A DNA stretch of 64,000 bases from positions 462,390 through 526,389 of the forward strand of contig JAXLXM010000001.1 of the NCBI GenBank assembly GCA_046327925.1, read 5' to 3'. This DNA comes from Candidatus Binatia bacterium. Lineage in GTDB: Bacteria > Desulfobacterota > Binatia > HRBIN30. The position numbers and the translations under genes are program-made. Every line of letters begins with the position of its first letter. The first letter of the stretch is position 1. The notes under the pieces were generated by a model, which searched no databases, was not told where the DNA came from, and saw only the letters and a list, made by a program, of their open reading frames with translations. Positions 47,304-57,689 of the stretch are shown here, piece after piece.

Positions 47304-48110
47304 ATGTCGGACAGCGTACTCTTCGAGCAGCGGGGTGCCGTCGGCCTCGTCACGTTCAATCGTCCGGAGGCACTCAACGCGCTGAGCGCCGACCTCGTCG
47401 AAGGCATGCGCGCCGTGGTCGCGCGCGTGGCCGCCGACCGCTCCGTGCGGGCCCTGGTGCTCACCGGAGCCGGCCGCGCCTTTTGCGCGGGCGCCGACCT
47501 GTCGCCGGCCATGTTCGCGACCTTCGGGGTCGGCGATGGCAACGGGGGCGACCAGACGGCCCAAATGATGGAGCGTGCGTTCAATCCGATGATGCGCGAG
47601 CTCTACCGCCTGGAGAAGCCTACCGTGGCCGCGGTCAACGGCGTGGTGGCCGGCGGCGGCGTGGGGGTCGCCCTGGTTTGCGATATCGTGCTGGCCGCCC
47701 GTGCCGCCACGTTCTACCTGCCGTTCGGGCAGCGGCTCGGGATCGTCCCCGATCTGTGCTCCGCGTGGCTGCTGGTGCGCAACGTCGGACGGGCGCGCAC
47801 CCTCGGCCTGGCGTTGCTCGGCGACAAGATTTCGGCGGAGCAGGCCGAGCAGTGGGGCATCATCTGGCGTTGCGTGGACGATACGCGCTTGATGGAGGAG
47901 GCCCTCGGAGTCGCGCAACGTCTCGCCGACGGTCCCACCGAGGCGCTGGTGTGGACTCGGCGCGCAATCGACGCCGCGGATTTCAATACCTACGACGAGC
48001 AACTGGACTCCGAACGCGAGGCGCAGCGAGTGCTCGGCAATCGTCCCGCCGTCGTCGAAGGCTTCCTGGCTTTCCGCGAGAAGCGCAAGCCTCGCTTTCA
48101 CGAAGACTGA
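47304..48110 (+). CDS. Enoyl-CoA hydratase/isomerase (crotonase family)
   Basis: 268 aa. VGLVTFNRPEALNALS, VLTGAGRAFCAGADL, PTVAAVNGVVAGGG. Confidence 0.9.
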   Translation: MSDSVLFEQRGAVGLVTFNRPEALNALSADLVEGMRAVVARVAADRSVRALVLTGAGRAFCAGADLSPAMFATFGVGDGNGGDQTAQMMERAFNPMMRELYRLEKPTVAAVNGVVAGGGVGVALVCDIVLAARAATFYLPFGQRLGIVPDLCSAWLLVRNVGRARTLGLALLGDKISAEQAEQWGIIWRCVDDTRLMEEALGVAQRLADGPTEALVWTRRAIDAADFNTYDEQLDSEREAQRVLGNRPAVVEGFLAFREKRKPRFHED

Positions 48111-48216
48111 AGCGCGAGGCGCACGCACCGACGGCCACCCGTCCTCCCGCCCTGGACTTCATGGCGAAAGTCGACCAGCATACGGTCACCTACACATCGG
48201 CCGAAAGGAGCGGAAA

Positions 48217-48822
48217 ATGAAGCTATACTACGCGGCGCAGACGCGGGCGACCAGACCGCGCTGGTTGTTAGAGGAACTCGGCGTACCGTACGCCTTGGAG
48301 CGCCTCGACATGAGCAAGAAAGAACACAAGTCGCCGGAGTACCTACGTATCCATCCCGGCGGCCAGGTGCCGGCGTTCCAGGATGGCGATGTGACGCTCT
48401 TCGAATCGGCGGCGATCTGCGCGTACCTGGCCGACAAGTTTCCGGAGAAACACATGGCCCCGGCGCCCGGGACACCCGAGCGTGGTCTCTATTATCAGTG
48501 GCTGGTCTACTCGATCGCGACACTCGAGCCGCCGATCGTGCAGGTGATTCTCCACACCGTCATGTTGCCGGAAGCGCAACGTTCGGCCACCCAGGCCGAC
48601 GACGGGCGCAAGAATTTCGCCGCGGTGGCGCAGGTGCTGGAAAGGGCGCTGGACGCGCAGCAGTTCCTGGTCGGCAACCGCTTCTCGGCCGCCGATATCA
48701 TGATCGGCTCGACGCTCGGTTGGGCGCAAATGCTCGGCTTGTCGGGCGCGCACCCGACGCTCGAGGCCTACGTGGGAGCGCTGGCGGCTCGGCCAGCGTT
48801 CCAGCGCGCCCACGCCGATTGA
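48217..48822 (+). CDS. Glutathione S-transferase
   Basis: 201 aa, AAAGGAG RBS. EYLRIHPGGQVPAFQDGDVTLFESAAICAYLA. Confidence 0.88.
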   Translation: MKLYYAAQTRATRPRWLLEELGVPYALERLDMSKKEHKSPEYLRIHPGGQVPAFQDGDVTLFESAAICAYLADKFPEKHMAPAPGTPERGLYYQWLVYSIATLEPPIVQVILHTVMLPEAQRSATQADDGRKNFAAVAQVLERALDAQQFLVGNRFSAADIMIGSTLGWAQMLGLSGAHPTLEAYVGALAARPAFQRAHAD

Positions 48823-48960
48823 AGCCTGCCGTCTACCGGCGGTCGAAGCCGCGGCGCCAACGAGCCCCACCTCATCTCCGTAGACGCCCGCGCCACGGCC
48901 GCTGCCGACAGCGGCGGCGGTCGTCTGCCGGGAGCGGCGTCGTGCGGCCCGGCGGTAACG

Positions 48961-49284
48961 TTAGTGCTTGGCAGAACTCGGTGCGGCAGGCGCCGCCGGG
49001 ACGGCGGCGCCGAGAGTCAGTTGGGGCCGCACCTTGACCAACAACTTCTCCCCAATACCCCTGACTTGAACCAGGTCGTCGACGGACTTGAACGGTCCGT
49101 TCTGCGTTCGATACTCGACGATCGCCTGAGCCTTGACTTCTCCAAGACCCTTGACGGCGGCGAGATCCGCCGCCGTCGCCGTGTTGATATTGACCAGCTT
49201 GGATTCCGCGCCGTCGGCGTGCCGCGCGACGGATACCGCTCCAAGCAATGCAACCACCATCATTCCGAGAAACGCGTGCTTCAT
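48961..49284 (-). CDS. ComEA-family helix-hairpin-helix DNA-binding protein (exported)
   Basis: ORF 48961..49329 trimmed to ATG 49284 (GAGGAGG RBS). Signal peptide, then VNINTATAADLAAVKGLGEVKAQAIVEYRTQNGPFKSVDDLVQVRGIGEK. Confidence 0.85.
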   Translation of the reverse strand: MKHAFLGMMVVALLGAVSVARHADGAESKLVNINTATAADLAAVKGLGEVKAQAIVEYRTQNGPFKSVDDLVQVRGIGEKLLVKVRPQLTLGAAVPAAPAAPSSAKH

Positions 49285-49349
49285 ATGCTTACCTCCTCTG
49301 GCGTATCGACATAGAGCCGGGTACCGCACGACGCATACTGGTAATATAA

Positions 49350-49378
49350 TTGATCCTATTTGCTGTCAACAACATAAT
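49350..49378 (+). promoter_or_regulatory. Strong sigma-70-like promoter upstream of the ABC exporter
   Basis: TTGATC (49350..49355), 17 nt, CATAAT (49373..49378), in an AT-rich island ~85 nt upstream of ATG 49462. Confidence 0.5.
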
Positions 49379-49461
49379 GCCACTCTGTCGAGCCACGCGC
49401 GACGGGGTGTGGACCTCCACCGTTCGGACTGTCCAGGTTTCTTTTGTTCCCCTGAACTGGC

Positions 49462-51336
49462 ATGAGTATGCGGAAAGCACTCGCGGCAACTCCGATGGCG
49501 GCAAAGCACACCCCCATTCTTGCGCACGGCGCTGCGGACCCCGCCGCCCTGCTCGCCAGTGCGCGCTGGGCGCTTCACCTCGCATGGTCGACCAACGGTG
49601 GCCTGCTCGCCGGTGTCGCGGCGGTTGTGATGGCGCGCGGGCTGCTGCCGGCGGCGATGGCGGTCGCCGCACGCGGCATCGTCAACGCCACGGTGGCGGC
49701 GGTCAGAAGCACGGAACCGAGCGTCGCCACCGTGGTGCCGTGGCTGCTCCTCGGCCTGGCGTTGACCCTTGTCGACGGCGTCTCCAGCCTGGCCAGCAAG
49801 CTCTTCACCCAACGATTGCGCGACGATCTCAACTACCGCGTAACCGCGGACATTCTGTCGCACGCCGCACAGCTCGACCTGGCGTACTTCGAAGACCCCG
49901 GTTCGCAAGACGTGATCGAGCGCGCCAAGCACAACCCCGCCGAGCAGGTCGCCAGTTTCGTCACCGACACCTTGGCGTGTGTCGCCAGTGGGATTCAGAT
50001 CGCCTCGCTGCTCGGCATCCTGATCTTCATCGAGCCGCTCATTCTCCTCCTCGTCCTCCTGTTCGCGGCCCCATATCTGTGGTTCCAGTGGCACTTGGCG
50101 CTGCGGCAATACGCGCACGAGCATGCGCGCACAACCAAGCGGCGGTGGAGCAATTACTTCATCGCCTCCCTGACCAAACCGGCCTCCGTGGGCGAGGTGA
50201 AGATCCTGGGCCTCGCACCGTTGCTCATCGAGAAGTTCCGCTCGATCATGGCGGAGTTCCGCGACCAGGATCGCCTGCTCTACGTGCGCGGGTTCCGAGG
50301 CGGCTCGGTGTTCGTGATTGCCACCACGCTGGCGATCTACGCGATGTTTGTGCGCGTGGCGGTCCGCGTGGTTGGCGGCAGCTTGACGCTCGGCGATTTG
50401 GCCATCTTCGGGGGTGCCGCGACCCGGTTGCGCATCACGCTCGAAGGCTTCATCGCCTCGCTCACCGGCATCCTGCAGCGGACACTCCATATCGCGAACG
50501 TCACCGAGTTCCTTTCCGCGGCGCCGCAAGCCGCACATGGCGTGGGCTCCGGTGCGGTCGCCGGCGCGCGCGCTGATATCGTCTTCCGCGACGTGACGTT
50601 CACCTACCCGGGCGGCACGGAGGCGGCGCTGCAGGGCGTCTCGCTCCACATTCGGGCGGGCGAAACGGTCGCGTTTGTGGGTGAAAATGGGGCTGGCAAG
50701 AGCACGTTGGTGAAACTCATCGCGCGGCTCTACCACCCGGATGCGGGAGAGATTTTGCTCGACGGCGCCGACTTGCGCACCCTGGCGCGCGCGGCGGTGC
50801 ATGATCGAATTGCCTTCGTCTTCCAAAGTTTCGGCCGCTACGAAGCCACCGCCGCCGACAACATCGCCTACGGCGACTGGCGCCGGTTGCTAGACGATCC
50901 TGAGCGGATCCGGGAAATCGCGCGGCTGGCCGGTGTCCATGATATGGTGTCAGCGTTGCCCCAGGGCTACGACACGCTTCTCGGCCGCACCTTCGGGCAG
51001 GTCGACCTGTCTGGCGGCGAGTGGCAGAAAATCGCGGTCGCGCGCGCCTTCGCACGTAATGCGGCGCTGCTGATCCTCGACGAACCGACCTCCAACCTCG
51101 ACGCGCGCGCCGAATACGAGCTATTCTCGCGCTTCCGGCAACTGGCGCACGGCCGGACCACGATCATTGTCTCGCACCGTTTTTCCACGGTCAGCATGGC
51201 GGATCGCATCTTCGTCCTCGATCGCGGCCGCATCGTCGAATCGGGCACGCACCACGAACTCCTGACGCAAGCCGGCAGCTACGCCCAGCTCTACCGGCTG
51301 CAGCAGCGATCGATGTCGCCGCGCCCGTCGCCGTGA
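49462..51336 (+). CDS. ABC exporter, fused permease/ATPase (MsbA-like)
   Basis: 624 aa. Six predicted TM segments, then Walker A GENGAGKSTL, signature LSGGEWQKIAVAR, Walker B LLILDEPTSNLD. Confidence 0.92.
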   Translation: MSMRKALAATPMAAKHTPILAHGAADPAALLASARWALHLAWSTNGGLLAGVAAVVMARGLLPAAMAVAARGIVNATVAAVRSTEPSVATVVPWLLLGLALTLVDGVSSLASKLFTQRLRDDLNYRVTADILSHAAQLDLAYFEDPGSQDVIERAKHNPAEQVASFVTDTLACVASGIQIASLLGILIFIEPLILLLVLLFAAPYLWFQWHLALRQYAHEHARTTKRRWSNYFIASLTKPASVGEVKILGLAPLLIEKFRSIMAEFRDQDRLLYVRGFRGGSVFVIATTLAIYAMFVRVAVRVVGGSLTLGDLAIFGGAATRLRITLEGFIASLTGILQRTLHIANVTEFLSAAPQAAHGVGSGAVAGARADIVFRDVTFTYPGGTEAALQGVSLHIRAGETVAFVGENGAGKSTLVKLIARLYHPDAGEILLDGADLRTLARAAVHDRIAFVFQSFGRYEATAADNIAYGDWRRLLDDPERIREIARLAGVHDMVSALPQGYDTLLGRTFGQVDLSGGEWQKIAVARAFARNAALLILDEPTSNLDARAEYELFSRFRQLAHGRTTIIVSHRFSTVSMADRIFVLDRGRIVESGTHHELLTQAGSYAQLYRLQQRSMSPRPSP

Positions 51337-51651
51337 ACCGGAGGGCGGTCAACCCACCGAATTGCGGCGCCGCGCACGCTGACGCGGCTGCGGGATCATG
51401 CCCACACGGGCTCATTGGTGGAGCACCGATCGATCGTGGAAGAATTCAACGCGCGCGCACCCGCTTCCTGCGGTTCCAGGCTCGATTCCAGAAGACCCGC
51501 GGCACATTTCGCGCCGCCGCGGCGGCAAGTCCATTGGCGTTGGCCTCTGGTCCCACGGTTGCGAAGCCGAAGCGTGGTGGGGTAGTTCTTTGCGCTGCGG
51601 ACGCGGCATGCCAAGCGCGGTCGATAGAACCGGTATCGATAGGGGTCGAAG

Positions 51652-52371
51652 GTGCGCAGACCGAGCAACGAGTCGCCGATCGAGCCTCTCCATCGCCGGA
51701 TTGCCGCACACGGCGTGACACCGCTCGCGGTTGCGGGGCCGTATCGCAGCGGTACGTCGTTGGTGGCCGCCGTCTGCCACGCGCTTGGGGCCGACGTCGG
51801 TGCGCTGGCGAACAGAGCGACGCCGCGCAACCCAATCGGATCTTTCGAGGCGCCCCTGCTCGCCGAGCGCTGCCGGCAGATGTATACGGAGCCCTGGCTT
51901 GTGGAATCGGTCAACCGCACACAGCGCGTGACGTCGCTGGCTGCGTGGCTGAGCATGGCCATGACCGCCGCGGGTGGAGCGCAGATCATCGGCGGGAAAC
52001 ACCCGATCCTCTGTCTGTTGAGCGACGAGCTCCTGGAAGCCTGGGGCGAGCGGACGAAGTTTCTGTTCGTCAGGCGGCCGGTCGACGAAGCGATCGCATC
52101 CCTCAGAAAGACGAACTGGCTGCCATGGCGCGCCAACCCCGGATCGCATGAGCAGGCGATCGAGCGGCTCGCGGCGGCTCGCGACCGCGCCATCGAGCGG
52201 CTCGGCGCGCGATCTCTCGTCATCGACTATCACGAGATGCTCAGACGTCCGGAGAGCGCGGTCGACCGCATCGCCAGGTTCCTCGGCACAGGCTCCCCGG
52301 CGGGTGTGGCGCAGGCCATCGCACTGATCCAGCCGGCGCTGTACCGCACGAAAATAGAGCGCACGCGGTGA
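51652..52371 (+). CDS. Sulfotransferase-family protein
   Basis: 239 aa (GTG start; the true start may be nearer the P-loop-like PAPS motif AVAGPYRSGTSLV). KFLFVRRPVDEAIASL resembles the 3'-PB region. Confidence 0.55.
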   Translation: MRRPSNESPIEPLHRRIAAHGVTPLAVAGPYRSGTSLVAAVCHALGADVGALANRATPRNPIGSFEAPLLAERCRQMYTEPWLVESVNRTQRVTSLAAWLSMAMTAAGGAQIIGGKHPILCLLSDELLEAWGERTKFLFVRRPVDEAIASLRKTNWLPWRANPGSHEQAIERLAAARDRAIERLGARSLVIDYHEMLRRPESAVDRIARFLGTGSPAGVAQAIALIQPALYRTKIERTR

Positions 52372-52391
52372 GCGAGAAGCGGGCCGCTGCG

Positions 52392-53465
52392 CTACGCACC
52401 GCGCGGCGCGGACGGCCCGGACTCGGATGACGCGCCCTCCTGCCGGGCGTGGTCTGCACGACTCGCGGTGTGGCCGGAAGCGGCGCGCTCGCGCATCGCG
52501 GCTCGTACGCCCAGGCAAAAGTAATAGTACACGGCGCGGTGGTAGTAGCAGAGCGGCGGCCCCAGCGTGCGCCGCCGCTCCCAGCGCTCCGTCAGTGTGG
52601 CGATCCCATCGGGAATGCAGGGCAGCCGTTCGCTGAGCGCCAGCACGGCGCCGCGGAAGAGTCGCCGGGCCAACGGGCCTTGATCGAAACGCGCCAGCGG
52701 CGCCAGGTCGCCGACCTCGGCGGCGGGCTTCCGGACAAGCGCCGGGTGCTTCTCCGCCAGCAGCACGGCCGTCCGCCCGCGCGCCACGCTGTTCCTGGCC
52801 AGCGCGCAGAACGGTCTCAGATAGCGGTGGTGCGCAACTGCGGCGGCGCAAAAAGCGACGACAACGCCCGCCGAACGCAACCGCAAAAACAGCTCGCGAT
52901 CCTCATGGCCGTAGATTTGAAAGGATTCGTCGAACCCTCCTGTCCTGCTGAGCGATCCGGGGCGGATGGACATGTTCATGGTGTAGAAGTCAATCATTCG
53001 GAACACGTATCCGGGCTCCGCTAGGAGCGTCAACTTCCGTCCCCATCGAGCCGCGGTGTAGCGCACGTAGGGAGTCGACGTCGGATCGCAAACCATCGGG
53101 ACAGGCCCAAGGACGGCGAGATTCGACTGTCCGTGGTGCGCCCGCAGGTGGGCGGCAAGCAACCTCGGCGTGGCCTCCATGTCATCGTCCAGAAAGACGA
53201 TCACCTCGCCGCGCGCCTCCCGCGTGGCGGCGTTGCACGCCGCCGCCCTGCCGCGGTTAGGCTGCCAGAGGCGACGGAGCGTGTACGGCGCCGCAAAGCT
53301 GTCGACGAGCTCACGTGTCCCGTCCTCGGAGCCATCGATGGCCACGACCACCTCGTACGCCGAAGCCGGCAACTGCTGGGTCGCCAGTGCGGTCAGCGCG
53401 CGCCGCACCGCCTCGCGGCGGCCGTACGTCGGAATGACCACGCTGAGGTGCGGACGTTCGTTCAC
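52392..53465 (-). CDS. Family 2 glycosyltransferase
   Basis: ORF 52392..53621 trimmed to GTG 53465 (GTGA overlap with upstream stop). LSVVIPTYGRREAVRRAL, VVVAIDGSEDGT, VIVFLDDDM. Confidence 0.85.
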   Translation of the reverse strand: MNERPHLSVVIPTYGRREAVRRALTALATQQLPASAYEVVVAIDGSEDGTRELVDSFAAPYTLRRLWQPNRGRAAACNAATREARGEVIVFLDDDMEATPRLLAAHLRAHHGQSNLAVLGPVPMVCDPTSTPYVRYTAARWGRKLTLLAEPGYVFRMIDFYTMNMSIRPGSLSRTGGFDESFQIYGHEDRELFLRLRSAGVVVAFCAAAVAHHRYLRPFCALARNSVARGRTAVLLAEKHPALVRKPAAEVGDLAPLARFDQGPLARRLFRGAVLALSERLPCIPDGIATLTERWERRRTLGPPLCYYHRAVYYYFCLGVRAAMRERAASGHTASRADHARQEGASSESGPSAPRGA

Positions 53466-54604
53466 CGCCGCGCTCCCGCGGCGGCCGTTTCCATGAGCGC
53501 CACGAGCTGCGTCTTCAGCTCCCCTGCCGGATCGGGCGGTACCAATTCCCTGATCCGCTTCGCGCACAGGCCTCCCATGCGTTCCCATTGGTCCCGCTGC
53601 CGCCAGGCTCTCTCCAGGCACGCATCGAGGCTTCGCGTGGTTGGGGCCTCAGCGACGAACCCTGTGGAGGAATCCTCAATAAGCTCCGTCATGCCGGCGA
53701 CATCGGTGACCAGTGCGGGCCGGCCACACAACATGGCTTCGACCAGGGCCAAGGGCAGGCCCTCTTCCCGTGAAGGAAGGATGAGCATGTGGTTCTCTTC
53801 CCAGATCTTTTCGACATCCTCCGTTCTGCCACAGAGCTTCACGCTCGTGAGCCCGAGAGCCTGACGATGCCGATTGACCGTCTCTCGACAGCGCCCGCTC
53901 CCATAGAGATTGACCGCGAGCGCCCGCTGACGCCATTTCTCCATGGACAGGACTTGGAACAACACATCCTGGCCTTTCGCACCAGGATCCAATCGGCCCA
54001 CCAACGCCATCCGATACTCGCCTTGGTCCTGCGGCCAGCGGGGAGCACTGGCGTAGTCAACATTGAACGGATTCCGAACCACCCGTGCGTTTCGGAGGCG
54101 AAAGCCGAGCTTCGCGTTCATCAACGCGACACTTGCCTGAGACACAAACAGGCACGCCTGCGCCGCCGAGAGGTATTTCACGTAGTCTTTGGCCTGCAAA
54201 TCGTCCGGCCACATGACCTCCGAGACGACGTGAATGAGAACCGCGAACGGTACTCCCGTGTCGTAAACGCTTTTCAGTAAATTCAAGGAAGGACGGTCTT
54301 CCGCGGAGGAAATGAGCAGGAAATCGGGCCGCCACCGTCCACTCCAGTGCGGCAATGCTTCCCGGATCAAGTGACGCAGCCGTTGGGAATAGCTGCTCGC
54401 GGGCAGTCTCCAAACGATGCGGGCGCCCTTTCGTTGAAGCTCAGCGATGGCACGCACGGGGTCGGGCCATCGCCTCACCTCGGCGGTCACGGCATGACCA
54501 TCGTCCAACAACCGTGCTGCCGTCCGGCTCCAGAGTTCCTCGCTCCCGCCCCAAGGCCCGCGGTTGAGCGTCGAAATGAACGCCACTCGTTTCCGATCCG
54601 TCAT
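53462..54604 (-). CDS. Family 4 (GT-B) glycosyltransferase
   Basis: 380 aa. LPSREEGLPLALVEAMLCGRPALVTDVAGMTELIEDSSTGFV (E-x7-E region). Confidence 0.88.
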   Translation of the reverse strand: MTDRKRVAFISTLNRGPWGGSEELWSRTAARLLDDGHAVTAEVRRWPDPVRAIAELQRKGARIVWRLPASSYSQRLRHLIREALPHWSGRWRPDFLLISSAEDRPSLNLLKSVYDTGVPFAVLIHVVSEVMWPDDLQAKDYVKYLSAAQACLFVSQASVALMNAKLGFRLRNARVVRNPFNVDYASAPRWPQDQGEYRMALVGRLDPGAKGQDVLFQVLSMEKWRQRALAVNLYGSGRCRETVNRHRQALGLTSVKLCGRTEDVEKIWEENHMLILPSREEGLPLALVEAMLCGRPALVTDVAGMTELIEDSSTGFVAEAPTTRSLDACLERAWRQRDQWERMGGLCAKRIRELVPPDPAGELKTQLVALMETAAAGARR

Positions 54605-54610
54605 CAGCGG

Positions 54611-55771
54611 CTACGGTATCCCGTCCGCGGCAAGGGCATGGTCTTCGCACCCACCGTCTTTGGGGTGGAGCATGTGCCGGTAAACGGCTTCATGGCAGGC
54701 GAGAAAGCGCTCCATCCCGAAGATCGTGGTCACGCGCACTCTGCCGGCACGGCCCATCGCGGCACGCCGCGATTCATCCCCAAGCACGGCGAGAATGGCG
54801 GCGCCGAGAGCCGCCACATCTTTCGGAGGCACGAGAAGACCCGTCTCGCCGTCCGCCACCTCTTCCGGAATGCCTCCGACCCGCGAGGCGACGACCGGGA
54901 TTTCACAGGCCATCGCCTCCAGGACAGTATAGGGGAGATTATCCGCAACGGTTGCCGCCACGAACACATCCGCCGCCGAGTAGTACAGCGATAGCCGATC
55001 ATTGGGCACAAGTGCCATCGGTCGGACGGCGGGGTGGTTGGGAACCAGGCCTTCGCCGGCGACCATCAAGAGGGCGTCCGGATATCTCGCCAAGACCAGC
55101 TTCACAAAAGCCTCCGCAAGGTAGTTCATTCCCTTACGTGGGTTCCAATTCCACGGCCGCGCCTCGTACGCGACGTGCAAGACAACCTTCTTGTCCTCGG
55201 GCAGCCCCAATGCGCGACGCGCCCCGCCGACGTGATGGAACTTGCCGGCATCGATTCCATACGGGACGTGATGCATGCGAAACCTCTTGAGCTCGGTATT
55301 CCGCAGTCGCGCTTCCAACCATTTGCTCGAGATAATGAGCTGGGTCGACGAATGGGTGAGGTAGTGCACGATCTGCTTCTTGGACCGCATGCGAAAATAT
55401 CGGTTCAGGAGTCCACTGTACCGAATTGCGGACGGTAGCAGTGGACAATCGAAACACGTCCGGTTGCGGGAACAGTCCCAACACGCATCCTGAAAGGTGC
55501 CGATCGGCCGGGGATCGTGCGGCGTAAAGCAGGTCGGATACCTTTGGGAGATGAGCGCGAGCAGATGATACGGGAATTGACCGTAATAGGAATGGCAATG
55601 GACGAGGTGGGGATCGTACTCGCGCAACCCGGACAGCAGGGTGCCGACGGTGTCACTCCTTGCCTCAGGAAAATAGCGGACCTGATGTCTGCCGCGTAAA
55701 CCCGCCTCGAGGTCCCGCGCACAACGCGTCGCGCCTGCCTCAAACAATTCGTTCACGATCGCGAGCTTCAT
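54611..55771 (-). CDS. Family 4 (GT-B) glycosyltransferase
   Basis: ORF 54611..56656 trimmed to ATG 55771 (ATGA overlap with upstream stop). MKLAIVNELF..., NLPYTVLEAMACEIPVVASRVGGIPEEVADGETGLLV. Confidence 0.85.
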   Translation of the reverse strand: MKLAIVNELFEAGATRCARDLEAGLRGRHQVRYFPEARSDTVGTLLSGLREYDPHLVHCHSYYGQFPYHLLALISQRYPTCFTPHDPRPIGTFQDACWDCSRNRTCFDCPLLPSAIRYSGLLNRYFRMRSKKQIVHYLTHSSTQLIISSKWLEARLRNTELKRFRMHHVPYGIDAGKFHHVGGARRALGLPEDKKVVLHVAYEARPWNWNPRKGMNYLAEAFVKLVLARYPDALLMVAGEGLVPNHPAVRPMALVPNDRLSLYYSAADVFVAATVADNLPYTVLEAMACEIPVVASRVGGIPEEVADGETGLLVPPKDVAALGAAILAVLGDESRRAAMGRAGRVRVTTIFGMERFLACHEAVYRHMLHPKDGGCEDHALAADGIP

Positions 55772-56754
55772 GTCCGCAGGCGCTCGACCGCGGACTGACG
55801 CGGCGGAGCACCGCGCCCGAGGTGCTCCGCCTCCCGCAGCCAGATCTCGGCGCGCCCAGGCTCGATGCGGCAGAGTTCGCGCAGGCTGTCGCGGTACTGC
55901 TGGGCGAGGGCCTTGCGGATGTCCGTGGGTATTTCCACGGGCACCGACGCATTCACCCGCCGGTACACGTCGGCGGGGCATGGATCGCTGCGCGCGCCGA
56001 GGAATTGGAGAATGGAACGTAGCAGCGTTTCCGGATCCTCGACCAAGTCCTCGTAATACGCGAGATGGAAACGCTCTGGCCCGAAATACCGGCGCCAGCG
56101 CCGCAGGATCGAGGCGTAGTCTCCTCGCTGGAACACCGCGGACTTGCTGAAGAAACGACGCGCGGCGCGCTCGTCGGTCAGCGAAAACCCGTAAAATTGT
56201 GCGTTCAGCTTGAAGTTCGACCACGCACGCTCGATCGGATTCCTGAGCACCATGACGATGCGGGCTTCCGGGAGCAGTTCGCGCGCCACGGCCACATCCT
56301 CGTCCGCGAGCAGGGAGTACCCAGGCGTGAGATCGCCGGTAATCTTGTCGCCTCCGAACATGAACAGACGCCGGTACCAGTCCGGACCGATGTTCGAAAG
56401 CAAATAGCTCAGGGAGAACCAGAGCGCCGCCCAGCGATCGGTCTCGGCCTTCCGGTACCACGTCAGCGGCTTGAGGTATCGTCGCACCATCTTCTGACTG
56501 GGTGACGGGGTGAAGATCACGGACAGGCGCCTCCACCCTGGCGGCAACGCATGGTGGCTCGGAGTGGCGTATTGTGGGGAGCGATCGAAGAAGTGGATCT
56601 CCTTGACTGGTGCCAACCAGAAGTCGGGGTGCCGATTGAGATTCCGGTACAGCCAACTGGTTCCGGACCGCTGCGCCCCAATGACCAGAAAGTGGCGGGC
56701 CAGGCCGAGCGACTTGCCGGCCGCTACGCCGTGAGCCGGCGCGCTTGGCGCCAT
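55768..56754 (-). CDS. Sulfotransferase-family protein
   Basis: ORF 55768..56979 trimmed to ATG 56754 (TAATG overlap). FLVIGAQRSGTSWLYRNLNRHPDF (5'-PSB motif), IVMVLRNPIERAWS (3'-PB motif). Confidence 0.85.
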   Translation of the reverse strand: MAPSAPAHGVAAGKSLGLARHFLVIGAQRSGTSWLYRNLNRHPDFWLAPVKEIHFFDRSPQYATPSHHALPPGWRRLSVIFTPSPSQKMVRRYLKPLTWYRKAETDRWAALWFSLSYLLSNIGPDWYRRLFMFGGDKITGDLTPGYSLLADEDVAVARELLPEARIVMVLRNPIERAWSNFKLNAQFYGFSLTDERAARRFFSKSAVFQRGDYASILRRWRRYFGPERFHLAYYEDLVEDPETLLRSILQFLGARSDPCPADVYRRVNASVPVEIPTDIRKALAQQYRDSLRELCRIEPGRAEIWLREAEHLGRGAPPRQSAVERLRT

Positions 56755-57689
56755 TAGCGCTCCTCCCCGCGGTCGCCGCGGAAACGTTCGACCCACGCGT
56801 CGGTCTTGGCGTCCGCGATCTTGACGTACTTGGAGCGGACGCCGTCCAGCCGTTCGCGGCTGCCTGCGAGGCCGAGCCGCTCGAGCACCCGGCCGACGGC
56901 GTCTGGAAGGCTCGTGCAGACCTCCTCGTAGGTCAGGTGCAATGGCTCGATCGCATTCGACCGAAAGAAGCCGCGCCACGCCTGCTCCGATCTCCTGATC
57001 CGTTCCAAGGCCGCTTCGAGTGCCGGGCGATCGTACCCCGGTTCGATGCGGGCCGGCCGTGGAGTCACGTAGAGGTGCCCGCGGTCATCGCGGTGCCAGA
57101 CGCGAGATCCGGCGGCCCGATAGAAGGAGATGGCCTGCCGCAGCTTGTCCGTGCGGGTCAGAAACAGGAACGTCGGCGCCGGGAATACGGATCGCAAGAT
57201 GTCGAGATCGCTCCCGCCTCGGAAGTCGGGGATCCGGCGCAGTCGGCGCAGCACCGGGAGAAAGTCTGCCCACATCACCTTGGTCCCGAAGATCCCCTGC
57301 CGATTGGCTTCCCCGTCGATCAGATGGTCGAGGAATGCGAGCAGGCCCCGCCCGCGGAGTACGGCCCCCAGGGATGCCTGCTGTGGATTGAGGTAAAATC
57401 GCTCGCGAGAGAGATCCAGGTCGGCCACGGTGCGCACGGCGTCGCCGAGAAACGTGCTGCCACTTCTCCAGGTGGTGCACAAGAAACACGATCGGCGGGT
57501 TCCCGTAGTGGGCCGGAATTCGCGCGGCTTATGGAACAACAGCCCGCGAACTTCCCAGCCGAGCCGCAACGTCGCACGAGAGAACACCGCTCGGGCTGTC
57601 GAGTGCAATCGCTGGGGAAGGTTCACTCTTTGTGGAACTTGTGGAACGGACGAGCAGTCCGCCCTTGCGTCGCTCCAACAATGTTGCAT
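56754..57689 (-). CDS. Stf0-type sulfotransferase
   Basis: ORF 56754..57698. CFLCTTWRSGSTFLGD, GIFGTKVMW, FLFLTRTDKLRQAISFYRA and LHLTYEEV match the Stf0 (trehalose 2-sulfotransferase-like) pattern. The start is uncertain and may lie downstream at a GTG/TTG. Confidence 0.75.
   Translation of the reverse strand: MQHCWSDARADCSSVPQVPQRVNLPQRLHSTARAVFSRATLRLGWEVRGLLFHKPREFRPTTGTRRSCFLCTTWRSGSTFLGDAVRTVADLDLSRERFYLNPQQASLGAVLRGRGLLAFLDHLIDGEANRQGIFGTKVMWADFLPVLRRLRRIPDFRGGSDLDILRSVFPAPTFLFLTRTDKLRQAISFYRAAGSRVWHRDDRGHLYVTPRPARIEPGYDRPALEAALERIRRSEQAWRGFFRSNAIEPLHLTYEEVCTSLPDAVGRVLERLGLAGSRERLDGVRSKYVKIADAKTDAWVERFRGDRGEER

Noticed and set aside
51337-51651. A 315-nt gap between the ABC exporter and the first sulfotransferase, as a possible ncRNA or small gene.
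   Set aside because: I recognised no tRNA-like, riboswitch-like or terminator-like structure. All overlapping ORFs look like GC-driven noise.
54611-56656. The 681-aa ORF, and likewise the 718-aa ORF 56745..58901, the 525-aa ORF 28900..30477 and the 347-aa ORF 34800..35843, taken at full length.
   Set aside because: Only the C-terminal parts carry glycosyltransferase, CoA-transferase or DDN motifs. The N-terminal extensions overlap neighbouring well-supported genes and are compositionally junk, so the starts were trimmed to internal ATG/GTG codons with RBS or stop-start coupling.
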